From Podarcis erhardii (taxonomy: Eukaryota), in the NCBI GenBank assembly GCA_964252035.1, contig OZ176205.1: DNA of 64,000 nucleotides; one strand, given 5' to 3'. The first letter of the stretch is position 1. Each line of letters begins with the position of its first letter. This document shows positions 41,425-54,160 of the stretch, in pieces. The notes below the pieces were generated by a model. The model made no database searches and was not told where the DNA came from. It saw only the letters and a list, made by a program, of their open reading frames with translations. The position numbers and the translations under genes were made by a program.

Positions 41425-41540
41425 TGATTGCAAATCACTCAGAGGTTTGATAGAGCCTGTGAGGTAGGTGCAAAGGCTGTAACTGGCCCAAGGTCACCCA
41501 GTGAGCTTCATGACTTGAGTGGGGATTTGAACCCTGAAGT
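41425..41540 (-). mobile_element. MIR-like SINE remnant
   Basis: ggcccaaggtcacccagtgagcttcatgac...ggggatttgaaccc. Confidence 0.6.
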
Positions 41541-44500
41541 TTTAAAGTGTTGTAAACTTTAAGGGTTTTTTTCCTTTATAACGTGGTATAGAAATGAAAT
41601 TAATCATCATCAACATCATCCCTGAAAAAGAAAATGAGACCTGGACATTCCATTGTGGCAGCCACACCCTAGGTTTAAATTACCATTTAGCAATTGGCTT
41701 ATATATCTGAGTTTCTACACTGGACCCCCATGAATTGGAGGTTCCCTCTCCCAGGGTAAAGAGTATTCCTGCTACCTCTTCCCAGGGGTGGGTAGTTTTG
41801 CAGTCCTAGGACCATGAAGCATATTAATTTACAAAACTGTATTTGTATCCTATCTTGGGAGTTGCCAAAGGCAGCTTTCAGTTAAAGCAAAACTTAGCTG
41901 AAAATTAGAAGCCAGAGAGTCACATTGCAGAAGGGGAAACACTTCTTATGGTAGGATGAATCTAAAGATTTTACAGCTTAAGCCCTGAGCAGGATTTGCC
42001 ATCTGTAATCCAATCCCATGCCAGCCTTACCTGGTAACTGTAAAGGTGGGAGGAAAGAGCTGGATTCCAGGCAGCAAAATTTGTTATTTTCCCTGCAAAG
42101 TTTAGATACTCAAATGGGGGGGGGGCATTGTGATATATTCTTATTTTAAGGAATATATTAAAAAAAACTGATTCTGTTTGTTATTTCATTATTTACAGCA
42201 AGTCTTCACTGTTCTGATTGGCTCAGTGCTTTTGGAGAGCAACAGAGCTGTGCTTATTTTTCTACAGGAACTTAAAAAATTATGTGGCAGGGTGTCACCT
42301 TTTGGGTTCCTTGCTGGGACAGAGCCCCACCCCGGGAGATTTCCTGAAACACTTTTAACAACTATATATTTAGCCTCTTTTCCACGTTTCCCACTACTCT
42401 GAGTAAAAACACTTGAATTTACATGTGTGAGCCATTCTGCTGTTTGTTCTGAAGGCAAAGATGTTTCTTTGGGACACTCTCGGCACTTCTCAGTGACATA
42501 ACTGGTGTTCATCTAAATAAAGCTTTTAAGAACATTGCTAGTGGGGCAAGATCTGACCCATATAAGCTAGAGCAGGGCTACCAGATGGGGTTGCATGTTC
42601 CCTTGCTCTCCATAATTTGATTGTCAAACTGTAGCTTTATCAGCATGTGGTTATAAAAGTCATCAAAGGATAGAGAACATCATCTTTATGTTTATGATAC
42701 CCCGATGCTCTCTCATAGGCTGACTGAAATGGATTCATTTAGTGTTTAAAAAATGATGTAGGTCAGGTGGTGGAAGAAGCCCTCCAGTAAATGGCTCTGC
42801 CAAGGACGTTTCCTTCAGTTCAGAACTGTACATGTTTTGATAGCTAGATGTGATGGCTTGTGTAAATTTAGAGGACATAGAGCCTCAAATTTCAGTTCAG
42901 CTTGATAACTGACAAGCCTAACATCTTGCTGTGGGGCAAAACGGATTTCAAAAGACAAACATTGTTTTGTCTAGTGCCACATACATTTTTTCCTGGTGAT
43001 GCATTTACAAAATCTTTCCTATATAGGACTATAACAATATGTCCAGAATAGCCTTAACACAAACTGGAGTTGCTATAGGTGGGGATGAGGGATTTATTTT
43101 CCTAACCTTTAAGCTGCGCTACAAGACTTACCTGCTTTTGAATGCAGCCCGGTGGTCCCGGCACTGAGATATGTATAACAAGTCTCTTCAAGGTCTGCAT
43201 CTCAGTTACTTGTGATGGCTTCGTTTGCCTGCAGTTCATACTCTTAATGTTCTTCTCATTGTGATTGCAGTTCAGGGGGGGGGGTGCTTTTCTTTACATA
43301 GATAATAACTCAAAATTTGACCTGTACACGTAACCTCAGGTCCTTGATTTTGCATACCCCACTTCTGTGTATTTAAATACAGTCATTGGGTGAGCAGTCA
43401 GTATCACAAGATGAATCTTGATCCAAACAAAACACCTACATTCTGATTGTCATATGTGAAATCATAGTAACTGTCACTGTTCCAAGAAATGGGCTAGTTT
43501 GGCTTTATTCTCATTGGAAATATGCTGGAGAAGTTGTGAGGGTTCCTTCAGATCAGGACATGTTGCTGTTCTGTGGCATGAGTAGGGCCTGCTACACTGT
43601 AGCTCCACATTTCCCCCTTCAAAACATGTTGTGGTTACTGCCTTGAGGTGGCTTATCTTGCAGAGGCATAACCCTGGCAAGCCCATTGCTTTTTAGGAAC
43701 CTTACACTGGCCTTGCGTGTTTCTGTGCTGCAGATAATTCTCTCTATTTAACAAATGTGTGTCCTGCCCTGTCTGCTATGTGCCAGGCTGATGGTAATAA
43801 AAGCAGCTTAAAAGAAGAACAGATTCTGACTAGTGAGCAATGGAAGTGGCAGCACAATCAAATGCTTGAAAATAAAAACAGCCGCAAACTACAAAACACT
43901 TCAACTGATATTTAAAAGGCTAGGAAAATAAAAGTCTAGGAAATTAAAAGGCTATGTGCGTCACATCAAAAAGGCATTGTAGTTGGCACTAGGTGTGCTT
44001 TCTTGGGAAAGCATTCCAGTGATGTGCTAAAATGGTGAAGGCCCTTTCTGTAGTCCCCACCTGCCACCTGCTGTGTTTTTTCCTACACTGAAATGGTGTT
44101 GCCTCCTAGCACTATGTTAGGAGCTGTTGTCCTCAGGAATCTTGCCACACCATTTTTCTGAGGGTGTTTCTTTCCTTAGTGCCATGAGGTCCTGTGTCTC
44201 ATGTGGATGACCTCTGAGGCGGTGCAGACTGGGCCTGAGCCTACACAAGGAGTGAAAGTGAAGTCCTCCATTTTTCCTCTCTAGGAGGCTTAAGTACAAT
44301 CACAGTGCTTTTGCTGGCTTAGTGTTGGCTCCCTGGGTGATTCTGCCACATCCCTGCAAATCTGCTGTAAGATGCAGAAAATCCACTCACTTTGGATGTT
44401 TGTAGAGTGCCCGGCATAAGGAGCCAAGCTGGCTCATCAGACTAATGAGCTGGCAGGGATCCTTGTAGCATCGTGGGTGGGTGTTGTGGGGAGAGTCTTC

Positions 44501-44984
44501 CAGGATATTTGTATCCTGCCTCCCAATTAATGAGCATGCAAGTTGCTGGGTGTGGTAGGAAGGTAAAGATTACCATATCGAGGCACTAGGCTGGCATGCA
44601 AAGCTGTAAAGAAGAGCTGGGGAGCTTGACAGCTCTCACACAGAGAGAGAATAATAAACACATGAGCCCCACAATATTGCACTGGGACTGAAGGAGCTCA
44701 GATGTGCTTGGGCAAGAATGTTGGCATGGCTTGCAGAGTGCCTGGAAGCACTGAACTCATTAGGTTACGTTACATGATAGTTGGAGGGGAAGGCTGGGTG
44801 GGGCTGGGTGGCTGAGAGGGAAGAAAAACACAAAAGAAGCTCTTTGTTCAGAACTTACAGGGTTCTCCAAATTCTAGTGAGGAACAGACAATACTTCCTG
44901 ATGATTCTTGAGGGTATTAGGGTGTGGAGATTTTGGAGGCTAGTGTTAATGGCACTGTCTTGGCAACAGCAGCATAGTCCTATT

Positions 44985-45130
44985 GGCAGAGGTTATAGTT
45001 CCCTGGAGGAAAATGTGTTTTGCATGCAGAATGCCCCAGGTTCAATAATTAGCATTTCCAACTGAAAAGATACCAAGTGGAGAAAAAGAAGAACCTTGGA
45101 CTGCCACTGCTAAGATAGACAGTGCTGTCT
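44985..45130 (+). mobile_element. Degenerate tRNA-derived SINE
   Basis: ttttgcatgcagaatgccccaggttcaat, same head as the 9010 family. Confidence 0.5.
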
Positions 45131-47219
45131 ATTGTGAGTTCTTCCCAATGCCTACCTGTGTAGTTGCAAGAACAGCCATTCTGAAGTGTAACATACAAAC
45201 AAGTGGCATTTATTTGCTTGTCTCAGCTCAAAAATGTTCAGAGAGGGTGATGTTCCATCAGCCCTGCCATAGTTTACCCAAGTTAAAGCTCAATCCTATT
45301 TATTAAAGAAAATGATACAGAGATGAAATAAAAAGAAAGATGCATTTGTATTAAATATATGTAATTATGGCAAGTTCATCGTTCAAATTTCCTGGGCCTC
45401 TCACCACTGTTAACATGTAGCATGTCTGCCAAACTATATTCTCATTTAATGAGCTCCTTCTCTCATAGAATGTCCTTTATGAAGAAGGCTCGGTTCATTT
45501 CACAGTTACCTGGAAATGTATCCCAAAAGCATTATATAGTACAGCTGGAAAGAGAAACTTGGGGAGGAAGGAGTCACAAATTGAACTGAACTGGTGGGGT
45601 GGGGCGGCAGCAGACAGACAGACCAAGACAGAGAACATTTGAATGGTCCATGCCAGGTAGGAAGGTGACAGTGCACTAGCAGACACAGGTTGGATAACAG
45701 TCTCCTAAACATATGGACATTTTGGGAAACCCTAAGCAAGTTAATACCTTGCTATAGCCGATGAGTTACATTTTATGTATGCTTTATTTTTATTTATTTT
45801 GCATATTTTGTTTACTGATGTAGTGCTGGAAATGAAGAGCCCAGATCTCTGGTGTTAGGCACATCTATACCCTACCAAATTCCATGGGTCTGATTATGCA
45901 CCCCCTTATCCAAGTGATAGCCCAAAGTTCTTATTAATACAGAGCTTGCTTCAGGGAGAGGCAACTGCCACTTGCTGGGTTCTGTTCTACTCCAGCATGC
46001 CTAGAAGTGTGACTTCTGTGTGCCGCTTCTGTGGGCAGCATTGGCATCACCCTATCATACCTTCGGCAGCATGAATTTCCCTTGCATCTCCACTTCATTT
46101 CCAAGTTGCCTAACCAAGCACCAACATGGTGACAGCCACATTTTACATTTCTGGCTATATAATCCTGCTGAGAGGCGGGTCCTGTGAAGCCATATTTAGT
46201 GGAAGCATTCAGTTAGCGCTGTCCTGGGGCCTCAGCAGATGTGCTTATAAACTTGCCACCTGATCATTTATATGCCAAATTCAGAGAAGAGTGGAGAGGC
46301 ATCAGGAAATGGAAGGACCTTCCCCTTTGCTTTTGCAGTACCCTAGACTTGAAAGGAATCTTAAAAGCGAGATTTATTTTTTTTTTTAATTCTAGAGAGC
46401 TGCAGGTTGGAAGGAGGCCCAAACTTACTTGTTTGTTGCATTTCACCATTGGGCTCAGGCTCCCTGATGGTTTTGGTTACCCTAAGTAACACATATTCTA
46501 GCTTAAAACATGGCGGGCAGGACTAGTAAGTGGCCTATGATGAACCACAGTGCCACAGAAAATGGGTCAGGGTGGCGAGCTCTGTGGAAGGAACAGATGG
46601 GCCACTACCCTATCTCACATGTCAAAAACTCACAACCACAGAAAACATTAATTTTGGAATACCAACTAAATGCTGCTTCTTTTTTTGATGTGGCAACCCA
46701 ACTCCTCCTGTTCGGTGTACCTTTGTAAGAGTGGGGCCTAGATTTCTACGTACCTGGACCCTGCGTACCTGTGAGCCCTGCTGCTAAGTTCAAAAGTGAG
46801 AAAAAGGAGTGGGCTATTTAGAAGGGAGGGAGATGCATTCTGTATGCAGTCAAACCCGTTCCCTTGTTGCATCTTCACATGCTCCAGAGCCCACGACTGA
46901 AAACGTGTGTGTCCCCCGTGGAGCTGAGCCCACAACGTTTAATATATGCGATTCTATTTATTTTATTTGCAATATGGTGTGTACAGTTGACATTATGGGA
47001 AAATATCATGGCGAGGAACAGCATAAAATCAACAATAACATGAGATTCACAAAACAAGTACGAAATACATCACAGATCGGCAGAGGAGGTCAATACATCG
47101 CCGCTTCACCCCTCAGGTGAGCATCATCACCACTGGGTGATGAGATTCATGCCTTGGCTGGAGTGCGTGTGTGATGAATGGGTACTCCCCACCCCACCCC
47201 CTAGGATCTTCTCCTCTGA

Positions 47220-48120
47220 TCGGGACTGAGAGCCGGCGAGGAACCTGTGATCTCCACCAATCCCGAAGACGCGCTCTCCGCGTTCCCTAATCTCCCACGT
47301 GACTTCTTGGAGAGCAGCCCCCTGTCCTGTGGCACTTAGCGGGGCGGACGAGGGCGGCGGCGGCGGCGGCGGCGGAGACGGCGGCCCGGGGAGCGGGCTG
47401 GCTGGGACTGGCTGGCCGGAGCTGGCCGGGGCGGCGCTGAGCGCGCAGGAGGCGGAGCTGCCGGCGCGCCCAAGCAGGCCTGATCCGCTCCCGGGTGTGG
47501 GCGCCGCTCATCGTCCTGCCTGGGCTCCGCTGTGCTGCCCGGGATGGGGCGCAGGAGCCGCTGTTGCAGCTGGCCGGGCAGCCGCCCGCTCTGAGGCCGG
47601 GCCGGGCTGGGCTGGGGCCGGGGGAGCCGCCGCGCCGTCCCCTGAGCCGCCCGGCCCGGGCGCCGAGAGACAGCGGCACCACGAGCGCACGGCGCGGCCG
47701 GGAACGGGCAGGCGGTGAGCTGGAGCGAGCGGGGCCGAGCCGGGGAGGGAGTCCGCTGCTCGGGCGCGGGGAGCCCAGAGGGGCTGCACCCATCGCGGGC
47801 GGGCGGGCGGGCGGAGAGAGAGACCCTGCCTTTGCGGCCGCCAGCCTCCTTTTGTTGTGGAGAAGGGGCTGGGTGTGTTCCCCGCAGGTCTTCCTCACAC
47901 GGCTCCTCTCGGCGCCTCCATCCCCTGCACCCACCTCCGGGGCTCAGGGGCGCATCCCCAGGCGGGGCGCTTCCTCCGGCACCTCAGCCATGTTTCGTCT
48001 GATCAGCCACTCCTGGGCAAACTGGGCATTGTGTGGACCGATGGGCTTGGGCATAGGTGTGTCGAGAGGCGCGGATGGATGCTCTCGCGTTCTCGGTGGT
48101 GTGCAGCGTAGATGCGTGTC
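47220..48120. promoter_or_regulatory. CpG island; B4GALT2 promoter and non-coding exon 1 (donor GCG|gtgagc at 47714/47715)
   Basis: Very GC/CpG-rich; GC boxes (GGGGCGG at 47341); CACGTGAC at 47296-47303; (GGC)7 at 47353-47373; the downstream ATG exon has an acceptor at 55253. Confidence 0.75.
47353..47375 (+). repeat. (GGC)7 trinucleotide repeat
   Basis: Seven GGC units plus GG, read directly. Confidence 0.95.
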
Positions 48121-51100
48121 TCTAGATAACAGTTGTGCACGGATGTCTGTTTACAAGCAGGTACGTGGGCCAGAGTAAAGGTGTGCCTCTGGCTGGCTGG
48201 CTGTCTGCGCGTATCTCTAGGATGCTGGCACTTGAGCCCCTCCCCCAGCCAGCCTCGCTCCCCCTCCCCCAAGATGGCTCCTGCACAATCCCCAAGGCGC
48301 TTCTTCGAGCAGAGAAAGGCTGGGGCTGTGTCTGGGCCGCCTGGGAATTGGGGAGGGGGGCGCTCTGGCACCTGCTGCACAAGCTTGTTCTCAGCCCCTC
48401 CGCCTCTGGGCCGGATCACTTTTGAGGTTCTTCTACCCGTTTGAGGTTCCTGACAAGACGGGGGATTTCCTGTTCCAGGCAGGGGGATCCGTGGAGAAAC
48501 AATGTAGCCTTTCTCTTAGGAAAAGGGAAGGGGCAGCTGCTTTTAGGAACGAGGGGCCTCACAGCCAAGGCAGCCCAGGCGGAAAATAATGGAGCTTGTA
48601 TATGTTTACCAGGCTGTGTGCTCTGTGTGGAACAGAATGGCCTTGTTGCTGTCTTTTGGATCAGTTTTGCAAAAAAAGAAGAAGAGAGGAATAAACACAC
48701 ACACAACAGCAACCCTTGGCTGGCATCCACTTACCTTTCCCAGAGCTTCCCCATGGGCTTCTCTTCAGCCAACTGGTTTTGTTGCCCCTTGGGAGCCCAT
48801 ATGGGACTAGGGGCTAGCACTATATATAGCCTAGAAATGTGTGTGCCTGGGAAGCAGGGGGCTCTGTGCTGCCTGTGCCTTCCTGCAGGCACCATTTACG
48901 AATGTTTCACTTTCCTGTTTTCACAGATAGGTAGATAGGTAACTTTCCAAAACAGGTAACTGTTAGGGATGCTTATGCCAAGTCAGGTCAGCAAGGAACA
49001 TTATTGACCCGAGACTATGTTTTCTGACTCCAGTTAAAACCTGGATATTTTTTAATGCCCACAAATTGTATAAACATTGGTGTCTGCTCTCTGGTGATCA
49101 TCAGGCAGAAGACAAGACTGAATTTCCAGATAAATTATTCACAGCCAAGGAGCAGCCCAGCTGCAGTCTGGCTCCATTAGTGGATTGTTAACATTGCAAA
49201 AGCCCATCTCTCCAGCTTTGCTAACTTGTATTTTGCACAGCTTGCCTGCACTCTGTTTGTACAATGGGATATCCAGCTACATACTTAATCGAGGGGAAAG
49301 GAATGGAGAGACTCCTGTGAGGGAAAACACAGGCAGACCTGGGATGCCATCTCATTTAAGAGGCTGCTGTAGATAATATCCTAGGAATAAGATGGTGGCT
49401 AATGGGCTCCTGCAATGTGTACTAGCTTCACAAATAGTCTTTCTTGCCCCAGAGATGAGCTGTCTCTGACACACAAGCCAAGTTGTCACTTAAGCAGTTT
49501 CTGACTTCTGCCTCTGTTTCTCATCCTCTTCTGTGAGAGGAGGCCAGGGGTTTTCTTGAATGCAGTGGATGTAGGTTGGCAAAGGAAGTATCTGAGGATG
49601 AACTCGGGGACCAGCAAAGCTCCTGGGAGGAGATAATTATATTCCTTTGGCACCCACTCCACTAGCCAGAGTGCAGCAAAGCCATAATTTTGAAGGAATT
49701 ACATGATGGACTACAACTTTACCAGGCCCAGCTAGCATGTGCCATCTAGGGCTGTTTGGGAGTTATAGTTCAAAACTTTGGAGGGTGCTATGTTGACAAG
49801 GGCTGCTTTAGGACAAGAGACATCTGGTTGACAGGTAAAACATAGTGGTTCTAGGATGCCAATGTGTATCCACATATTCTGTTTTGAGATATTTTGTTCC
49901 TTAAGAGGAGCCATCTTATTGTGAACAAGGATGTGTCTGGACTGGTTTTCTTAATCTTCAGGTTCCCAGTGGCAGACTTTGGATCCCCAAATTTCAGTGG
50001 CACCCTGTGTGATGCTAAACTTTGGTTCCCCCCTCTCATGCCCCATTCTACATCACTGTTGTGGTGCCCCCCTGTGGTGCCAGTGCCTAGTGCGGCCAAA
50101 CTGGCTGCGCTACCTTAAAACTACCTCTGAGGTTCCCCACACCCTTCCATTTAAGCAAGGCCTTGTTATCTTCACCACGAATAGAGCAAACTCTGGTGAG
50201 GTTATTCATCCAGCAGACTCAGCAAGGCACTGGGATGCTGTCCTGGCACACGTTCTGAGAAATGGCTACTTTTGAGATTCCAGCTCTGCAATGTGGTTGG
50301 AGTAGAGCAAGTGCACCCGGCCCATTGCGAACTGTTAGGAAGCTACATGGCCCTGAGACCAGTGTGATGTGCCCTGCAGCCCGCTTCTGCTTGGAGCATG
50401 ACCCATATACAGCAGTGGTGCTGGTGTCAGTTGGTTTGGCAAGGAAGCTGCAAATTTGTACGGGGCTTCATTCATTCCCTGAACCATCAGAATGCCCCTG
50501 GCTATGTTGTCTTCTGCTCTTGAGCTCTCCTTAGTGTATGCTTTGTTGGGTGTGCCGTAGTGGCAGGTGAGATGTGTGAATCTCTGGAATGGGAATTGTT
50601 GCTTCAGCTCAGATGTTTATATTGTTCCTCTCATTGCACTTTCCTCACTGTGTCCTGGAGCAAGTAAGTAGGGTGTTTGGGACATGCAAGGTTAAAATTA
50701 AATGAGAGTGCCTTATAAATCCTTTCCCCACTCTGCTGCATTCACAATAAACATACTTAGGGGCATTACTAGGACCTTAAAATACTCAGGGCACATGCCC
50801 ATGATATATATTTGCATATGTTAATTTCCGTTCATGTGTAGGTGTAAATTTAGGCTCCCTTTCAAAGGGAAAGCTAGCCTGCAAGCAAAATGGTTTTGAA
50901 AAAAAGAGAGAGGGGGGTAAGAGATCTAGGACCTAGTGCAAAAGATCCAGGACTCAAGACTTCTGTTCTATCCCCCATATAATGTCCCAGCATGTATTTC
51001 AGAAGTTGTGAAAAGCTGTGGTTTGTGTGCCAGGGTGAACACTGTCATTTTAGTTCAACTCTTTTCAACCCCTAGCTCACAGCTGATATAAAAACTCCCT

Positions 51101-51660
51101 GCACATAGAAATGTGGGTGTTTGGGAGAAATCCATGCTTTCCCTGACATTTACATTACTTTGTGGGTGCATTTTTCCCCATTGGAAAGCATTCAACCTTG
51201 CTCCAAACCTTCAGGTCAGATGATAGATCTTTAGGAAGAGTGTTACAATTTAATCTGTTGGTTGTGTGATCTAGACCTGGATGAAGTGAAGATTCCTATC
51301 CGTTAGGGTTGCATCCAAAGCAGCATCAACAGAGTCCTGCTGACAACAGTGGCACTTCTGTTTCTTCTCCTACCCCTGGTGTTCCCCCAAAATCTTCTCC
51401 AGAGGGTTCCCCAATCCTCCAGAGCTGAGAGTGTATGTGGAGCTGAATGGGAGAGGAGGTTCCATTCCATTAGCACAAGGTCTTTTGTACCAGTGGAACA
51501 GGAGCGTTGGACACTGCCCACAGTCATTGTGAATTTGGAGGCAGAAGGAAGTAGTGATGATCAACTGGTTGTTGTAAAATGAATACAGGAGTATTTTCTT
51601 GTGCATACATATTTTGGAAAGAGTGACTACTCCCACACCCACCACCAAAAATTTATTCTG

Positions 51661-51810
51661 ACAGCTCAATTAAAAGAGCATGAGACTCATAATCTCAGGG
51701 TCATAGTCAAGGGTTCAAGCCCCATGTTGGGTGAAAGATTCCATTGCAGGTGGTTGGACTAGAATAGATGATCCTCGTGGTCCCTTCCAACTCTACAATT
51801 CTATGATTCT
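51661..51810 (+). mobile_element. tRNA-head, CR1-tail SINE
   Basis: agctca...agagc (A box), gggttcaagccc (B box); 3' ggttggactag...cccttccaactctacaattctatgattct matches the CR1 tail at 31950-31999. Confidence 0.8.
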
Positions 51811-53810
51811 GTTATTCACTGCCTCCCCATGTAAGGAGAGAGTTATTGGCTTCTTCCCTTTTTGTGAGGGTCATAGAACTCTATAGTGCAGTAGTAAGGC
51901 AGAAAGTCTGCTGTTTCAGTCACAAAGGATGAAAGAGATTTTATGGGATTAAGGTATGTGGGTGAATGTACTGAATATGCAGCTGTCTGACGTGCTAAAT
52001 GCTTTGTGATTAGCCCGGGCATTTGCTTGAATGAAACAGCTTATTATAACTTTCCTCTGTATTAAGCTGAGAGCCAGATGCTTTGTCCTGGTGCCTGAAG
52101 TAGTTACTTGAAAACTCCTATTTCCTTCCATCAGTGGCAGTGAGTGCAGTGAAATGTTTGACTTTGGCATAAGGTAAGACTCCAAATAAATAAATCTATT
52201 GTTATAGAGACTTTATTCTTCTTCTAACACAGGGATGCAGAACCCCTGGCCCTCCAGATGTTTCTGAACTACCCATCAGCCCCAGCGCAGAAATGGACAG
52301 TGGACAGGGATGATGGGTGTTGTATTTCAGCAACATCAGAAGGGCCAAAAGTTCTCCACCCCTGTTCTAACAAAACCTACCGTACTTACACACAGTCCCA
52401 TGTTCAGTACTTCCTAACATTTCAAACAGCTAGAATGAATTAAAGGAGCAGGTTTATTATTATTTTTAAGCTGATATTTCATGCACAGTAACTTGAGATG
52501 ATGATGATGATATATTTATACCCTGCACTTTTCCCTCACAGGGATTGTGAAGGTCTAAGCAGGAAAACAAAAATATTTGGAGGGGATACACAGTTCCACA
52601 CCAAAAAGCCTTACCCTGCCCCCTAAAGTGAAAAAATAGGCTTATGAAACATTTTCTTTTGGAATGGTGGATAGAGTTTTACTCCCCAAAATGATTTCTA
52701 AAAACTTCATAATAGGAAGACTTTTATGTAAGACTTTGTACAGTACAAGATCCTTACAATATTATTCCTGTACACTTAGAATAAGCAGGTCATGAGTTGC
52801 ACACTGAAAGCACAATTCTCAAATGCAAAAGCAAGTTGCATTGCTACCTCTGTGAGGCACTGCAATTGACATGTGAAAGATTCAGTTACTTTGCTTGTGG
52901 GCTTCCTCTTGTTGGCACAGTTGTTGGGTTTGTTTCTGTGCTCTTGCCTGGGCCTCAAAGGACTGTGGGTGCGAGTGGAGAAAGTAGAGGTTTTCGAAGT
53001 CTCTGATAAATATGATGACAGATATTAAGAAGCGGAAACTGATGGCAATAACTCTGAAAATGAGACTGATTAAATTCCATGTAGTATCCATTGAGCGTAA
53101 GGAAAGTCGTTTACCTTCCTGCCGGAGCAGTCACCCTCTTTTCCCCTCTCAGTTCTTTTTATGGAACTGAGTGCTTTATGTCTGCTTGACACTGGAGGTC
53201 TGGAGGAGACAATAATATTCTTTGTCTTGCTATAATGTTGATGATTTATTCTCTCTGTATAGTGTTTTGCCTGCTCCTCATAAACTGGTAGAACCAAAGA
53301 GATGCTAGGTTCCTTACAGCCTTCTTGACCATTTGGCCCACTATTGGTCTCTTCTGCTGAACATATTGGAGCCTGTCTTTGCATACAGGGAAAGTCCTTA
53401 ACTTACTAAGGATTTGAGATCCATTGGCTACCCTCACCTGGTATAGCCAGCCAGTTGAAGCCATTTCCTGGAGTGTGCCACTGTCACATTCTGACAGCCT
53501 ATAGGAGCCACAGGTGAGAGCTGAGTGCAGGGTGGGAACCAAATGTGGACAAACTTTCCCAGAAAGAGCTTTACAAGTCCCCTGCCAGAGGTACTCCTCC
53601 TCCCCTAACACCCCTCAATCTGCATAGTGCATTAAAAAAGTATTGCAAATGTTTCAGGGTCCCCAGAAATGTCTGTTTTGAGGTAGTGGTGGAAAAAACC
53701 CTGGGTTTTTAAATCATGGCTTCAATATTTCCAGAAAATTTACTTCTCTATTTAGACCTTAGACTCCTTGGGAATCCTGAGAGTGCCATCCTAACCATTC
53801 CTATTCAGAA

Positions 53811-54160
53811 GTAAAGGTACCATTGACCATTAGGTCCAGTCGTGTACAACTCTGGGGTTGCAGCGCTCATCTCACTCTATAGGCCGAGGGAGCCAGTGTT
53901 TGTCTGCAGACAGCTTCCAGGTCATGTGGCCAGCATGACTAAGCCGCTTCTGGCAAAACCAGAGCAGCGTAGGGAAAGTCGTTTACCTTCCTGCCGGAGC
54001 AGTACCTATTTATCTACTTGCACTTTGATGTGCTTTCAACAGCCTATAGGAGCTGGAACTGAACAACGGGAGCTCACCCCGTTGTGGGGATTCAAACTGC
54101 CGACCTTCCGATTGGCAAGCCCTAGGGTCAGTGGTTTAGACCACAGCGCCTCACGTGTCC
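53811..54160 (-). mobile_element. Full-length Sauria SINE
   Basis: Minus strand ggacacgtgaggcgctgtggtctaaaccactga...ggtcggcagtttgaatcccc...catgctggccacatgacc...gacctaatggtca...ctttac; 14-bp TSD CTATTCAGAAGTAA (53801-53814, 54163-54176). Confidence 0.93.

Noticed and set aside
41000-47200. Search for a hidden gene or snoRNA between ATP6V0B and B4GALT2
   Set aside because: Only SINE remnants and unique-looking non-coding DNA; no exon chain or convincing C/D or H/ACA structure by eye. An Infernal/Rfam scan would be decisive.
48153-48166. Strong donor CAG|gtacgt as a possible alternative coding first exon of B4GALT2
   Set aside because: Its open frame would splice into the uORF2 frame, not the B4GALT2 frame; no N-terminal extension results.
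47287-48178. Long ORFs on both strands (215, 139, 227 aa)
   Set aside because: Low-complexity Gly/Ala/Pro/Arg frames expected in a CpG island; no recognisable domain.
51661-51730. tRNA-like A/B boxes (also at 9150-9213)
   Set aside because: SINE heads; no intact cloverleaf and followed by LINE-derived tails.
52960-53090. Acidic stretch (EAETDGNNSENETD) resembling a transposase N-terminus
   Set aside because: Too short and broken by stops to call.
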